From: Pelagomonas calceolata
Lineage: Eukaryota
Direction of reading: 5' to 3'
Assembly (NCBI GenBank): GCA_918797485.1
Contig: CAKKNE010000003.1
Span: forward strand, 4,402,001-4,466,000
Length of the DNA stretch: 64,000 nucleotides
Shown: positions 34,662 to 46,892 of the stretch, one piece after another
Layout of the letters: each line of letters begins with the position of its first letter
Position numbering within the stretch: position 1 is the first letter of the stretch
Notes under the pieces: model-generated
Database searches by the model: none
Seen by the model: the letters and a program-made list of their open reading frames with translations, nothing else
Told to the model about the DNA's origin: nothing
Program-made: the position numbers and the translations under genes

Positions 34662-37661
34662 CTAGACGTCGTCGAACTCCTCCCGGATCTCCAGCGCCAC
34701 GTCCAGCGCCGACTTGAGCGCGTCGCACGTCGTCAGCTCCTCCGAGAAGGCCGCGTCGTCCCACGCGAGGGAGATGGTCAGGCGCCGGTCGTCGTCGCAG
34801 TTGAACAGCCGGTAGTCCTCGGCGGCGATGGCCGAGCAGCCGTAGAGGCGCCAGCAGCAGTTCGGGGAGTCGTCGGGCGCGCCCCAGCTCTCGCGCCGCC
34901 AGAAGGGCCCGTTGTACAGGTACTCCGGGGGGTAGACCGTCTGGTGCCAGAAGAGCGCGAACACGACGTACGCCAGCAGCAGCAGCAGCGCGAGCGGCCG
35001 CACGACGTAGTAGTGGCAGCGCGACTCGTCGACCGGCCGCAGCACGACCAGGCCCAGCAGAAAGCCCGCCACGAGCCCGCCGCCGTGCGACGCGTACGAC
35101 GTGTCCGCGTCGCTGTAGACCAACAGGTACACGAGCATGTCCAGCGCCGGCACCGCGGTGCAGATCAGGGCCCGCACCAGGCGCCGCGACCGGTCGGCCA
35201 TGCTCCGGAAGTTCAGCAGCACGTCCGCCGCGTGCAGGCCTATGAGCGTGTACACGCCGCCGGACGCGCCCACGACGGCCCGGTGCACGTCCGCGAAGGC
35301 GCAGGTGAGGGCGCCCATGGCCACGCCGAACATGTAGACGCACAGCAGCGTGAGGTGGCCGTGGACCATCTCCACCGAGGCGCCGAAGAAGAGCTGCATC
35401 GCGCAGTTCACGCCGAGGTGGTACCAGCCGACGTGCACGAGCTGGTACGTCCACAGCCGCCAGAGCTGGTTGCGCGCGTCGAAGCACGCCGGGAAGGGGC
35501 CTGTCACGCGCATGTACAGCACCGACGGCCCGACCGTCGGCGAGCCCGCGTTGACCGCGCCCAGGGACCCGTGCTCGCGCCGCGCGAAGATGACGAAGGC
35601 CGCGACCTGCGCGCCCGTGACCAGCAGCAGCACGATCGGCCAGTAGAGGCGCTGGTTCTCGTACGTCAGCACGCAGCAGTCGCGCGGGACGCCCACGAAC
35701 CGCGTCCCCCGGGGCAGCTCGCTCCGCCGGCCCGTCCGCCGCTGGTCGCAGTCGTAGGGCCCGTCCTTGTAGCGCAGCACGTACCAGTGCTTGCCCCGCC
35801 GCCGCCCGGCGCGCATGCGGCGCACGACGACGCAGCGGCAGTACTGGCCCTCGCCGAAGGCCGTGCTGTGGATCGGCACGTCGCCCAGCGGCGTCGTGAC
35901 GGCGTACGTGTCGTCGGCGTAGTAGAGCTCCACGACCACGCCGCCCCGCAGCGTCGACCACCAGGTCCGCTGCGGCGCGTCGCCGTCCATGAGGAGGGGC
36001 GCGGCGTAGTTCGACAGGCGCTGGAGGCGCCGCTGCGGCGGCCGCGCGGGCGGGTCGTGGAGCGCCTCGAGGGCCGAGGCCCGCGGCGAGGGCGGCCGCG
36101 CGGCCTGCCGCCGCGCGAGCTCGAGGCCGTCGGCGATCATGTACGCCACGGCCGCGCTCTGGAAGGCCAGGTCGAGGGTCCGCGGCTCGCCGGCCTCGGT
36201 CCGGAACCGCGCGCTGAGCGAGGCCGCCAGCACGGCGTCCTCGACGCGGGGCCGCGGCGCGAACGGCATCTCCACGCTCGTGATCCGGGAGAAGGCCACG
36301 ACGACGGGCCGGCTCCGCGCGGGCTCCACGACGAAGCCCGCGAACGCGCCGTGCTCTCTGATTATGACCGGCCGCGGGCGCTTGAACGAGTTCTCCTCGG
36401 ACGCGTGGTTGAGCGCGCCCACGCCCGCGCGCAGCAGCCGCCGCAGCTGGCCCAGGCGCTTCGACTCCGAGGCGCTCAGGTCGACGTCGACGCGCAGGTC
36501 CGGCCGCGAGGACACGGTCCGGCGGCGGGGCGACGAGGCGCGCCGCGGCGGCGGCGGCAGCGCGGGCTGGAACGGGGGCCGGAGGAGGTGGCGCGGGAGC
36601 GCGTCCGAGGCCAGGGTCAGGGCCACGTGCGTGTTCCGGTCGCGCGCGCGGTTCGCGGCCGCCTCGCAGCGCGACGCGAACGCCAGGAGGTCGCGGTGCG
36701 GCCCGACGTCGTCGTCGAGCGCCACGACCACGTCGCCCGGGCGGACCGCCGCGGCGGCGGCCAGCCCGCGCGCCCGGAGGCGGTCCACCCGCAGCACGTC
36801 GCCGTCCCGCCGGAGGGTCAGCCCCCACGCCTCCGTGGCGGTCGCGGGCGCGTCGTCGCGCTCGCGCGCGAACTCCGCGAGCAGGTCCTCCACGCTCGAG
36901 CGGCGCGACGACTTGCCGTGGGACCGCCGCCGCAGCGTGTCGTCGTCGGCGAGGTCGGCCTCGTCCGCCACCCGGGGCGCGGGCAGCTTCACCGTGTAGA
37001 CGACGTCGCCCCGCGAGCCGGGCACGAGCGTCACGTTGCGCTGCGGCCCGCTCCGCGCGAGGGCCCGCCGGAGCGCGCCGCGGACGTCGCGCGCCTCCGC
37101 GTCCGGCACGACGACCGCGGCGCCGACGGCCACGACCGAGTCGCCCGGCGCGCCCAGCCGGTCGCACCGGCCCGCGGCGCGCCGCACGGCGACGACGCTG
37201 CGCCGCCGCTCCCGCGACAGCGCGCCCCGCAGGACGAACGCGTCGCCGCCGCCCAGCGCCAGCAGCACGTCCTTCGCCGCCACGTCCGCGGCCTCCAGGT
37301 CGACGGCCGGGACGACGTAGGCCGCGGGGAGCGACGGCGGCGGCGCCGCGTCCCCGAAGGCGATGCGCACGGGCCGCGGCCCGTCCGCCAACCGGAAAAA
37401 CAGGGCCTGGAACGACTCGTCGGAATCGACGCGGAGCGCCTCGCCGTCGATCGCGACGAGGCGCATGCCCTTCGCCAACCCCTTCGCGGGCACGGCGTCG
37501 GCGAGCACGGCGCCGCCCCGCTTGGGGTCGAACGCCAGGTCGAGGCCCAGCCGGCGCTTCTTGAACGCGACGGTGACGGTGCGGCCGGCGGCGGCGGCCT
37601 CGGCGGAGCGCACGTCGAGGTGGATCTCCTCCGGTCGCGTCGCTTCCTTCGTCTCGGCCAT
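34662..37661 (-). CDS. Rhomboid intramembrane serine protease with a long N-terminal extension
   Basis: Motifs QLWRLWTYQLVH...HLGVN, GASGG (catalytic Ser) and SHGGGLVAG (catalytic His). Likely ATG at 37661. Confidence 0.88.
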   Translation of the reverse strand: MAETKEATRPEEIHLDVRSAEAAAAGRTVTVAFKKRRLGLDLAFDPKRGGAVLADAVPAKGLAKGMRLVAIDGEALRVDSDESFQALFFRLADGPRPVRIAFGDAAPPPSLPAAYVVPAVDLEAADVAAKDVLLALGGGDAFVLRGALSRERRRSVVAVRRAAGRCDRLGAPGDSVVAVGAAVVVPDAEARDVRGALRRALARSGPQRNVTLVPGSRGDVVYTVKLPAPRVADEADLADDDTLRRRSHGKSSRRSSVEDLLAEFARERDDAPATATEAWGLTLRRDGDVLRVDRLRARGLAAAAAVRPGDVVVALDDDVGPHRDLLAFASRCEAAANRARDRNTHVALTLASDALPRHLLRPPFQPALPPPPRRASSPRRRTVSSRPDLRVDVDLSASESKRLGQLRRLLRAGVGALNHASEENSFKRPRPVIIREHGAFAGFVVEPARSRPVVVAFSRITSVEMPFAPRPRVEDAVLAASLSARFRTEAGEPRTLDLAFQSAAVAYMIADGLELARRQAARPPSPRASALEALHDPPARPPQRRLQRLSNYAAPLLMDGDAPQRTWWSTLRGGVVVELYYADDTYAVTTPLGDVPIHSTAFGEGQYCRCVVVRRMRAGRRRGKHWYVLRYKDGPYDCDQRRTGRRSELPRGTRFVGVPRDCCVLTYENQRLYWPIVLLLVTGAQVAAFVIFARREHGSLGAVNAGSPTVGPSVLYMRVTGPFPACFDARNQLWRLWTYQLVHVGWYHLGVNCAMQLFFGASVEMVHGHLTLLCVYMFGVAMGALTCAFADVHRAVVGASGGVYTLIGLHAADVLLNFRSMADRSRRLVRALICTAVPALDMLVYLLVYSDADTSYASHGGGLVAGFLLGLVVLRPVDESRCHYYVVRPLALLLLLAYVVFALFWHQTVYPPEYLYNGPFWRRESWGAPDDSPNCCWRLYGCSAIAAEDYRLFNCDDDRRLTISLAWDDAAFSEELTTCDALKSALDVALEIREEFDDV

Positions 37662-37810
37662 GCGTGCCACTGGCTGACGCGCGAACGCTGCTCTCTCGTC
37701 GTCGCGCAGGACTTTCGAAACTTCGCCGTTTCGATTGGCAAAGCTCACTGGCCGTGAATGACGAGACGAGCAGCCTGAGGCCCTTTCAGCACAAATGCCG
37801 GGTAGACCGC

Positions 37811-37844
37811 CGTAGGTACCGGTACCGTAGGTACCTACGGTACC
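37811..37844. promoter_or_regulatory. GGTACC motif cluster with a perfect 24-bp palindrome, upstream of the rhomboid gene
   Basis: GGTACCGTAGGTACCTACGGTACC at 37821-37844, about 150 bp 5' of the ATG. Confidence 0.55.
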
Positions 37845-38478
37845 CCCCAAGGAACCCTATAGGCGGAGACCATGCGAGGGGGGGTCGGTCCGGGATTTGC
37901 GATGCATGCCCCGCGCGCGCGGTAATTTAGGAGGAGTACCATTTTTCTTACTATTATACCCGTGGATTATCGACTTATATTCAAATATTTAAATAATTCG
38001 GGCAGCCTGAGGCACACACATATATATTCCATCCTACTAGTTGCGAGGACCCCTAGTACTACGCTACTAGTCCCCTCTTCCTCTCCTCTATAGTCCCACC
38101 TTGACGTAATGAAGGTTCACACCCCATTCATTCAAGTTCATAGTGCTAATATTACACGCCGGGGAGGCACTAGCGCCAAACTCACTCACAACGTTGCAGG
38201 GGCCCTGGGCCGGCACCCCTTATATTTCCTGCACTAGTCCTTATGTTCCTAGACTCTTCAAGTTAAGAACGCGTACATATGAGCACCACCTCTGTCCGTT
38301 TTCAGTACCACCGTGACGGGGTCTGCCAGTGTTCTCAGGAAACCAAAAAAATGAATGCGGTCACGTCCTAGCATGCTTGGCTGCATGCCCCTGGATACCA
38401 CAAATGCTTAGAAGTCAGCGGCAACGAAGCAGTAGTCGCCGGAGACGACCACACGTCACGCGCACACAGGGCAGGGAT

Positions 38479-39153
38479 TCACAGGCACCCGTCCAGCAGG
38501 TCCTCGACGGCGTCCGCGTCGGCGACGTCCGCGGCGAACTCCGCGCGGACGAGCGCGCGCGCCCGGTACACCAGGAGCGCCGGGAGGCGCGCCTCGTCGA
38601 TCTCGAGGCCGAAGGCTGGGAAGCTTTTGATCGTGTCCCCGTCGAGGCGCACGATCGCCGGCGCGCACGCGCCCACGAACCGGCAGTCGCCCGGACGCCG
38701 CGCCTGGCGCGCCGCGAGCAGCGCGAGCGCGCGGTCGACGCGCCGAGACGCGTCGGTCCGGGAGAAGACGTGCACCAGCACAGGCGTCGCGACGTCCGCC
38801 TCCGCGACGGCCTCGAGCATGGCCCGCGCGTCGCCCGCCGTCGGGACCAAGGGTGCGTCGTGCTTCAGTGCCTCGATGCGGCGCTGTCGGAGTTTCTCGA
38901 CCTCGGCGTCGCGCAGGCGCCGTCGCTCCCCGAGCGCCGCGCCGCCGGCCATCGTCGCGCAGACCAACTTATGCGTTTCCTCCGAGACGTGCGCCGGCCT
39001 CTCTTGGCTGAACGCGGCGACGGCGTCGGCCTGGCGCGCGCCGCGCTGCAGCTCCAGCGCGAGGGGGTCGTCGAGCAATGCGTCGTCGCCGTCGTCCGGC
39101 TCCGGTCGGACGTTGTCCAGCGTCACGTCCGTGAGTCTTGGGAAGGCGGCCAT
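38479..39153 (-). CDS. Phosducin-like (thioredoxin-fold) protein
   Basis: EKLRQRRIEALK helix, then VLVHVF and LPALLVYR, as in phosducin-like proteins. Confidence 0.65.
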   Translation of the reverse strand: MAAFPRLTDVTLDNVRPEPDDGDDALLDDPLALELQRGARQADAVAAFSQERPAHVSEETHKLVCATMAGGAALGERRRLRDAEVEKLRQRRIEALKHDAPLVPTAGDARAMLEAVAEADVATPVLVHVFSRTDASRRVDRALALLAARQARRPGDCRFVGACAPAIVRLDGDTIKSFPAFGLEIDEARLPALLVYRARALVRAEFAADVADADAVEDLLDGCL

Positions 39154-39191
39154 GCGTAGCTTAAGCAAAACATGGATGCTTGTCGTGCTCA

Positions 39192-39261
39192 GGTACCAGC
39201 TGGTACCTACGGTATCAGCGGATAGGTACCTACGGTACAAGGTACCTACTGGTACGGTACC
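39192..39261. promoter_or_regulatory. GGTACC motif cluster upstream of the phosducin-like gene
   Basis: Several GGTACC/GGTACCTACGGTA units starting about 40 bp 5' of the ATG. Confidence 0.5.
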
Positions 39262-39796
39262 GCAGGCCGCGCCGACGGAGCTCTGCGTAGCGATGCCCGC
39301 ACCACTCGGAAATATCGTATTAAGTAAAAAATGCCGCGAAACCCGAGTGGTCTTCACCGGTGTGAGAATACGCGCCCGACGTTCGCAAGTCAGATATATA
39401 TACCGTGCTTATCACGGGGGGAAACAGACAAGGGGGAGGCGAATGATGGTGTTGATCCGCTGAAGAGGGAGGAGGACGTGGAGGTGGGAGTGACGAAATC
39501 CCGCGGCAATAAAGTATTTTACGCATTTTTTTGGGTAATTTCGGGGGAATGGGAAACAAGGGGGAGCGCGATGGATCTTCAGTATCCCAGGTCCGGGGGT
39601 GCTCTGTTTTGATGCGACTCATTGGCCGGTCGACGACCTGCCAAAGATTGGGGAGTGACGAAACCGACACCCCCTACTCTCTCGACCAAAACTTGAACGA
39701 CAACAATATTTCTAGACGATATTTAGAAACGGTTGAGTTGAGGAATCTCCTACACATGGTGAAGACCACCCTCCCACCGAACAACAGGGGCATTAC

Positions 39797-40776
39797 TCAG
39801 AGCTCGTCCTTCGCGTCGCTCGCGCCGACGAACTCCGGCTGGGGCCGCCAGTCCGACGCGTTCGGTTCGTGGTGGCCCCAGAACTCGACGACCACCACGT
39901 CGCGCCGGCCGCGCGACACGTGGGACACGCCGTGCGGCTTCGCGCTGTCGACCAGCACGCCCCCGAACAGCGGCAGCTCCAGCTCGACGTGCCCCTCCAG
40001 GAGGAAGTGCCCCCCCTCGAAGTCCTCCCCCGGCCGCGACAGCAGCAGAATCAGCGTGTAGGTCGAATGCGCGTCGCGATGCAGGTCCATCCGCCCGCGC
40101 TGCGAGTAGACGATGCGCTCCGCCGAGCGGATGCGCAGCGACCTGCGCGGACGTCGACCCCGCGGTCGGGGCGGGGCGCCCGCGGAAGACCGAGCGCCGG
40201 CGGCGACCCGGGGTCGACGGCGAAGTGGCCCGCCGCCGCGAACGCCGCGATCGCGTAGAGCCGCTCCGTCAGCTCCGGCGCGACGCGCTGCAAGTACCAC
40301 CCCAGGGCCCAGACGAGCGAGGCGCCGGAGTGGTCGTGGAATGGCCGCTCCGCCGGCTTGCGGTCGGGGCCCCAGCGCGCCACGCAGTCCGCGAGCGCCG
40401 TCAGCGCGGCGACGTCGTCGGCCGACAGGGCCGCGGGGACCTCGACCGCGCCCGCCGCGACGACGCGCCGCGCCAGGGCCGGCCGCCGGTTCACCGGTCG
40501 GTGCGAGAAGGGCGCCCAGCACTTCCTGATCTTCGCCAGGGCCGCGTCGAGGCACGCGTCGGTCACGCACGGCCGCTTCGGGTTCCGGTCGTGATTCCGA
40601 CTGTGGTACCACTCGTGGCGCGTCTCGGCGAACGCGTTGGCGGGCGCCTTTCGCTTGGGCTCGCGCCGCGCGGCCGCCCACGCGGCCGCGATCTCGTCGC
40701 GCGACAGGGGCATCTGGCCGGCCGCGTAGGCCGCCGCGACGACGACGCGCCACGGCGTCACGCGGGAGACGTGCAT
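39797..40776 (-). CDS. ER-resident 2OG-Fe(II) oxygenase (intron ~40143-40207)
   Basis: Motifs HRD (HxD), GEDFEGGHF and HGVSHVSRGRR. C-terminal KDEL and hydrophobic N-terminus. Confidence 0.8.
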
Positions 40777-43275
40777 GGCTTGGGACGAGGCGCAGGAAAG
40801 CTCGCTGGACGCAGCGCGCAGCAGGGGCACAGTAATCGTATTCCGCTGGGCTGAGGCACGCCTTTTTACCTGATTTTGGCCCGGGGGGCTGCCCCGCGTA
40901 CAGCCGCAGACGCGTGATTGCTCCGACGCACGCCGTAGACGCCGGGCGGCGGGCGGCCGAGGGCACACGCTTGCTAGTGTCTTACGAGTTAGATGTCTTA
41001 TAATAAAACGCCCCGGGCCTCCTGAGCTCGCGGGTTTCTACGTCGACTGCGTTTGCCCCGCCGAGTCTGCGTCCCCCTGGGTGCTGTTCAGACCCGACTT
41101 CGTATGATTCCCGGTGTGCCGCGCTTTTATATGGCGTCTCCTGCGCGCGATGCCTGGCGCGTTTTCGTAGCGGGGCCGGCTCCCAGGCCTCGCCGCTGGA
41201 GGGGATAGGGAAGCATGCGGCCATGGCATGGGGAGTTATCAGCAGTCCTTCCCCCGCGGTGCCCAGTTATAGTAAATTATATGAGGGATGCTATCATGCC
41301 AGGAGTATGGGCCCGGACTAGCCTTATCACAACAAGCGCCCCGCCGGGAATTTCCGTAAAATGCACGTTCGTCGTCTCGCCCCGAGGAAACGCGAGGAAG
41401 CGAGCAGGCCAGGCTCAGCACGCGTACCCGTGGCCCCGTGACGGGCTCGTCCCGCGCGTCCGGAGCTCGATGGAGCGCGTACGCGCCGGCGAAGGCGACC
41501 CGGACCGGGCCGGGGGGACGCCGGCGACCCCGCGGAGCCGCGCTCCTGTTCCGAAGACCGCTAGGACCAACGCGAGGAGCCCGCATCTGACGTACGCGCC
41601 CGTGCGAAAGACGCGCTCGTCGTCGCCGGCGTCGTCGCCTTTTTTCGCCGCCGCGCGCGCCGCCGCGGGCCCGAGGGCCGCCGGGGCGCGGGGCTCGACG
41701 CCGCGGTCCCGAAGTCCGACACGATCGTCGACTGCGAGTCCTGCGCGGCCATGGCGAAGAAGAACTTGACGTCCGCGACCTCGAGGAGGGTGCTCGGCCC
41801 CGGCGGCCTGCGCGGCACAAAACGTCGGACGTCCGGCGGCGAGCGACCCGCGCGGAAGCGCCCGCCGCCCGCTCGGAGCGCGCGCGCGAGACCTTAGAAG
41901 CCGCGACGTGACGCATGTTTTTTGACGCGGGCGGCGGGCGGCCCGCGATCTTCGCGACACGCCAGCATGCGCGTTCGCTCCTCGCTTATTCTTTAAGTTA
42001 ACTAGCTCACACTCCGGAGAGTGGCGCGTGCGGTCGAATCCGGCGCCGCGCGACGACGAGTTAGCTCGCGCGCATGGGCATATAAGTACTTAAGAAAGTT
42101 GAAGGGTCTGCAGCTGCACCCCCGCCTGCAAAACCCGTGCCGGGATAAGGGTCCCTAGTGTCAGGGACACTAGTCTCGCAGGCGGGTGCTAGCACCCGTG
42201 CCTCATGGCGAAAACCCGTTTAAAGAAACGTCCGATCGTATCGGGTCCGAACTTTACTCTGCAGTGCGCTTCTTCCTGGCGCCGGCTGCATCGCCCCGCC
42301 AAACTTTTAGCGTGTCGCGCGTCGTGAGCTTCTAAAGTGGACGAACGCGCGACGAGGAGACGCCGCGGCTGTTTGGGCTTACCTGTCGAGCACATTGGGC
42401 TGCGGAGTAAAATAAGGCTAAAGATAAATCACTGGCGATTGAGCCCCGAGCCTCCAGAGCTCGCGGGTTTCTACGTCGACAGCGTAGGATCCGGATCCGA
42501 GGCTGCCCGAACGACGTGGAAGAGGGGTGATACCTTCAGCGAAATAAAAAGGGCGCTGTTAACGGTGGTATCCGACCGGTGGCAGCCCGGCCGCAGCCGA
42601 GATCTCGGAATCGGAATCGGACTTCATTTCGAACTCGAACTCCACGTCGGCCTCGTTGTTCTCCTTGTCCTCGTCCCCGTAATCCTCGGGGGAGAATTAA
42701 TTGTCCGAGTCGGCCTCATCAGTAGCCACTCGCAGACCTCCGGGCTCCGCGAGCGTATAGTTTTTTACCTTCTCGTAGAAAACCATGATGTCGGCCCGGA
42801 ACTCGTCTACGATGATTGGGCAGCCCGCGTAATTTCGCCCTGTTTGGTAGTGCGGCCCTACGATGATATCGAGTGGAAACGGGTGCGATGCGGGCGGGCT
42901 CGGAGTCGGTTGCAGTTGTCTGGTCGCTCCAGTTGCAGCTCTAGTAGCTAGGTCCCTCGGTTATCGCAGTGACACGAAAGAAAGAGAAGTGGCACGATAT
43001 GCCAATAGGAGTAACTCACGTAAGAGCGAGCCGGTAACTATCGTAGTATCGACTTTACAGCGTAAACAGCGCCGTAAAAGCGAGCCAGGGAGCGACCGGG
43101 CAGCTGCCGAGAACTGCACGCACAAGCCCCAAAACAGCGGGCAGCGAAAAAACAGCAGCCGCGCGGGCCGAGGCTGCCCCGGCACCAGAAGAACGACCTC
43201 TACCTCGGGATACACAACCCTTGTCAAAGGCCGCTGGAAATCGGGTGCCGCAGAGATCGCGGAGCGCAGCCCACC

Positions 43276-45227
43276 ATGCCGTCCCTCGCCGAGCTCCTGG
43301 ACGTACGGGCCAAAGGTCTGGAGCAGGAAAGGAACACCCCCAAGCCGGTGCCGCTGCGCGAGCACCGCGACTACGCCAAGTACTTCAAATGGCTCGAGGA
43401 GGGCAAGTTCACGCTGGGCGAATTGAGCACGCAGCTCCTGCACGCCGGCCTCGACAACCGGGCGCTGGAGATGGACCCGAGCAAGCCATACGGCTGGAAG
43501 CCGTCGGACGACGAGGAGAAGAGGCCGGCTTGGGCGCCGCCGCCCGTCACGGAGCGGAGCAAGCCAGGCTTGAAGGCCGTCTTCGAGATGTTCGACGGGG
43601 GCACCGCGCGGCCTCCGCGTCCTCGAAGCGGCTTCGACGCGCGCGACGCGCGGGGCTCCACACGGGACGCGCTCATCTGTCGCCGTCCGCGCAGGGCTCC
43701 ATGGACGTCAAGAAACTAGGCGGGTGTCTGCACAAGCTAGGCGTCAAGTACGATCGGCCGCTCTTCGAGCTGGCGACCAAGGCCTTCGACGAGGACCAGA
43801 GCGGCCTCATCGAGTTCGATGAATTCGTGGAGATGTTCGCCACGCTGCGGGCCTCGGACGAGCTCGCGCTGGGCGACTTCGGCGCGCCGTCCGCGGAGCT
43901 CACGGCCCAGGAACTGAGCGACGTGAAGGCGTCCTTCGACGCGATCGACGCGGACGGCTCGGGCGCCATCGACGAGGGCGAGGTCAAGACGCTCTTCGAG
44001 AAGGTCGGCCTGGACGCGACGGACAAGGAGATCCGGGGCCTGGTCTCGTTCCTGGACGCGGACGGGAGCGGCGAGGTCGAGCTCGGCGAATTCAACGAAC
44101 TGATGATGTGCGCGAAGGCGCGACGGAAGGCGCCCGACGCGCCGCTGGACGCCGTCGGGGCGCTGAAGTCCATGTTCGAGGAACAGCGCAAGGCGGCCAA
44201 GGTCGTGCGCGTCGCCGTCGGCGCGGCGCTCGCCGCGCTGCACCGCGACGCCGTGCCCGTCGACGGCGTCGGGGCGCTGGCCGCCTCGACGGCGCGCTGC
44301 CTCGTGGGGCACTGCGGCGAGACCAAGGCCGTCCTGCAGATCCTCGGCGACGCCTCCTCGCAAGCGCAGCGCGCCGCCGACGCGCTGGCGAAGACCGAAC
44401 TCATGCTGAGCTGCGAGTCCGGCGACGTGGAGCAGTGCAAGCGGGCCCTGGCCAAGGGCGCGGACCCCGACAGCCGGGCGAGAGACTGCGACGGGAACTT
44501 CGGGCCCACGGGCGCGCCCGCGGCGCCGGAGGACGACGACCTCGACCCGGACGTCGCCGCGGAGCTGAAGAAGGCGAACGGCCGGACCTGCCTGCTGGTG
44601 GCGCTGGAGAACGGCCACCCCGGCGTCGCGTTCGAACTACTGAAAGCAGGCGCCTCGCCGTCGCTGGCGGACGACGCCGACGGGATGACGCCCCTCATGA
44701 TGGCGCCGAAGAGCCTGGCGGTGGTCAAAAACTCGAAGCTCGTGGATCTGTTGTTTGCGGGGACCGACGTCGGCGTCGAGACGCCCGACGGCAGGAACGC
44801 GTGCAGCTTCGCGGCGGCCTTTGGGAGGGACGGCTACCTGCGGCGCCTCGTCGCCGGCGACTGCAGCCCGGAGGCCACGCGGCCCGGCGTCGCGTCGCCG
44901 CTGATTCTGGCGGCGATGAAGGACCACGGCAAGTGCGTGGAGTACCTCTGCAACACGGCCAAGGTCGACCTGGACTGCAAGGACCACGAGGGCAAGACGG
45001 CCGTCATGCACGCGCAGGCCGGCGACCTCAAGAACATCCGCGAGATCATCGACAAGGCCCGCGTGCGCGCGGCGCAGGAGGAGAAGGACCGCGCGGAGGG
45101 CCGCGGCTCGGCGGGCGACGCGCCGGGCCGGTCGTCGCGGCGGCGGTCGCTGAAGGGCTCGCTCGAAAGATCCAAGAGCCGCCGGAGCCGCCGCTCGTCG
45201 GGGTCCATCGACGAGGCCGCCGCCTAA
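43276..45227 (+). CDS. EF-hand plus ankyrin-repeat protein (intron ~43606-43694, probably GC-AG)
   Basis: EF-hands DEDQSGLIEFDE, DADGSGAIDEGE and DADGSGEVELGE. Ankyrin motifs GRTCLLVA, GMTPLM and SPLILAA. Confidence 0.82.
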
Positions 45228-46346
45228 GACAGAGACATTAGTTTACGCGGGTCCGATAGCTGCGAGAGGTGCGCGCCCAGGTTGAACGCGCACGTGGCGA
45301 ACCGCTTCCCGGCGGCGCCGCAGGCGAGCTTGTCCGCGCAGGCGCGCCAGCGGTACGCCGCCCGGTCCAAAAGGCCCCGGCTGACGAAGTACGGGACGTC
45401 CACGTCGAAGGCGAGCGCGTGGAAGTGCACGCGGCCCCGCCGCGGCTGGTAGCGGTAGGGAAAGCCCGTCGCGTCCGAGTCGACGCGCCGCCGCTGCCGG
45501 ACCTGCGCGCGACCGAGCCCTCCCGCGCGCCGATACGCGTTCGCGAGGCGGCGTTTCCGACGCCGCGGCGCTCACGGGGCAGCACGGCTTGAACGAGAAC
45601 GACGCGTACCGGCCGTCGTTCCGGTACCGCCGGCAGGGCGCCGGCCGCAGTCGCGAGCCGTTCACCTCGAAGGAGAAGTAGGGCTTGCGCGGGGGGACGT
45701 CGACGGCGCACGGGGCCGCGTCGGAGGCGCAGCACGCGAACGGGTCCGCGGACCGGTCGCGGCGGCAGACCGCGCCGGGGCCCGGCGCGCCGAGGAACCA
45801 CGTCAGTGCCGCGTCCCGCGCGGCGAGGAACCGCGCCGCGGCCGCGGCGTCGACCGCGCCGAACGCCAGCCAGTCGAAGCGGCCGCCCCACGTCTCGTTC
45901 GCGAAGAGCGCCGCGAGCAGGGGGCGGTGGGCGCCCTCGGCGTGCCGGGCGCCCGCGTTGACCGTCGCGTCGTCGTCCGGGAAGCCCATCGCGCCGGCGG
46001 AGAGATCCAGCGCGCGGGCCGCGAGGACGTGCCGGACCCTCCTCAGTTGCGGCTGCGGCCGCGGCGTGTCCACGATCACCACGAGCGGTCGGTGCTCGCG
46101 CCGCTCCTCGAAGCGCTCCCCGAAAAGTCGCGGCCAGCTCGCCACGAGCTGCTCGGGCGTCGCCGGCAGCCGCAACCGCTTGCCGTAGCGCGCCTGCAGC
46201 CGGTCGTGGAACTTGGCCGCCTCGGCCTCGATCAAGGCCACGTCCCGGAAGAGGCCGCCCTCGCTCCGGAGGAAGTCGAGGCGCGCGTGGAAGGCGTCGT
46301 CGCCACCCGCGAGGGCAAGGCCGAGGGCTGCCGCCAGGCGCCGCAT
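45224..46346 (-). CDS. Hypothetical secreted protein (intron ~45503-45575)
   Basis: Signal peptide MRRLAAALGLALAG. A GTGAG...CAG intron joins the ORF in frame to the 45224-45430 frame. Confidence 0.55.
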
Positions 46347-46421
46347 CCGCGAGGGCAGCGCTCAGGGCGGGCGCACGCGAGGGGACGAGGCCATCGCTCC
46401 GGGGCAGCTTACAACGATACA

Positions 46422-46459
46422 GGTACGGTACCGTACCGTAGGTAGGTACCTACGGTACC
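46422..46459. promoter_or_regulatory. GGTACC motif cluster upstream of the 46346 gene
   Basis: GGTACGGTACCGTACCGTAGGTAGGTACCTACGGTACC, about 75 bp 5' of the ATG. Confidence 0.5.
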
Positions 46460-46892
46460 TGCTAATGATTGCAACGTTACAGCGATTGTGCTATGATCCT
46501 GCAGTTACCTTTATCTAGAGCTCATCTCAGGTTCTAGTAGGTATCAGAGTCTAGTGGCCTGTATCCTAGGATACTTCCTTCTCCCTCTTAATCTCCTTTA
46601 TTCCAACTCTGTCTTATCGGGGTTGATACCAGAAATAATGCTGGAGTCAAAATCGCATACAGGGGCTGTATATGGAGGCGAATGCTGGGAACAGATAAAA
46701 ATTATCTTAGTCGCGACTCAACCCCTCAGGCTCGACCGGGGGAACTTGCGGACTGCGTCGTCGCTCAGACACGGCGGTCACCGGGACGACGACGCCCGTC
46801 GTCCGCATTTCGTCCGCGGCGTCCCGCGCGAGAAGTCGCGCGAGGCTCAGGCTCACTCACTACGGTGCGAGTTAGCGGTGCGAGTGTTACCC

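Noticed and set aside
11854..37757. Many long overlapping antisense or alternative-frame ORFs (e.g. 12587-15511, 27963-30866, 34593-37757)
   Set aside because: These are Arg/Ala/Pro-rich shadows caused by very high GC and few stop codons. The recognisable proteins lie in other frames.
41239..41960. Possible small - strand gene
   Set aside because: GC-rich, but I found no recognisable motif or consistent exon model.
41005..42900. Shared ~30-bp GAGCTCGCGGGTTTCTACGTCGAC (41024, 42457) and a decayed acidic reading frame on the - strand
   Set aside because: Probably TE debris, but too degraded to classify.
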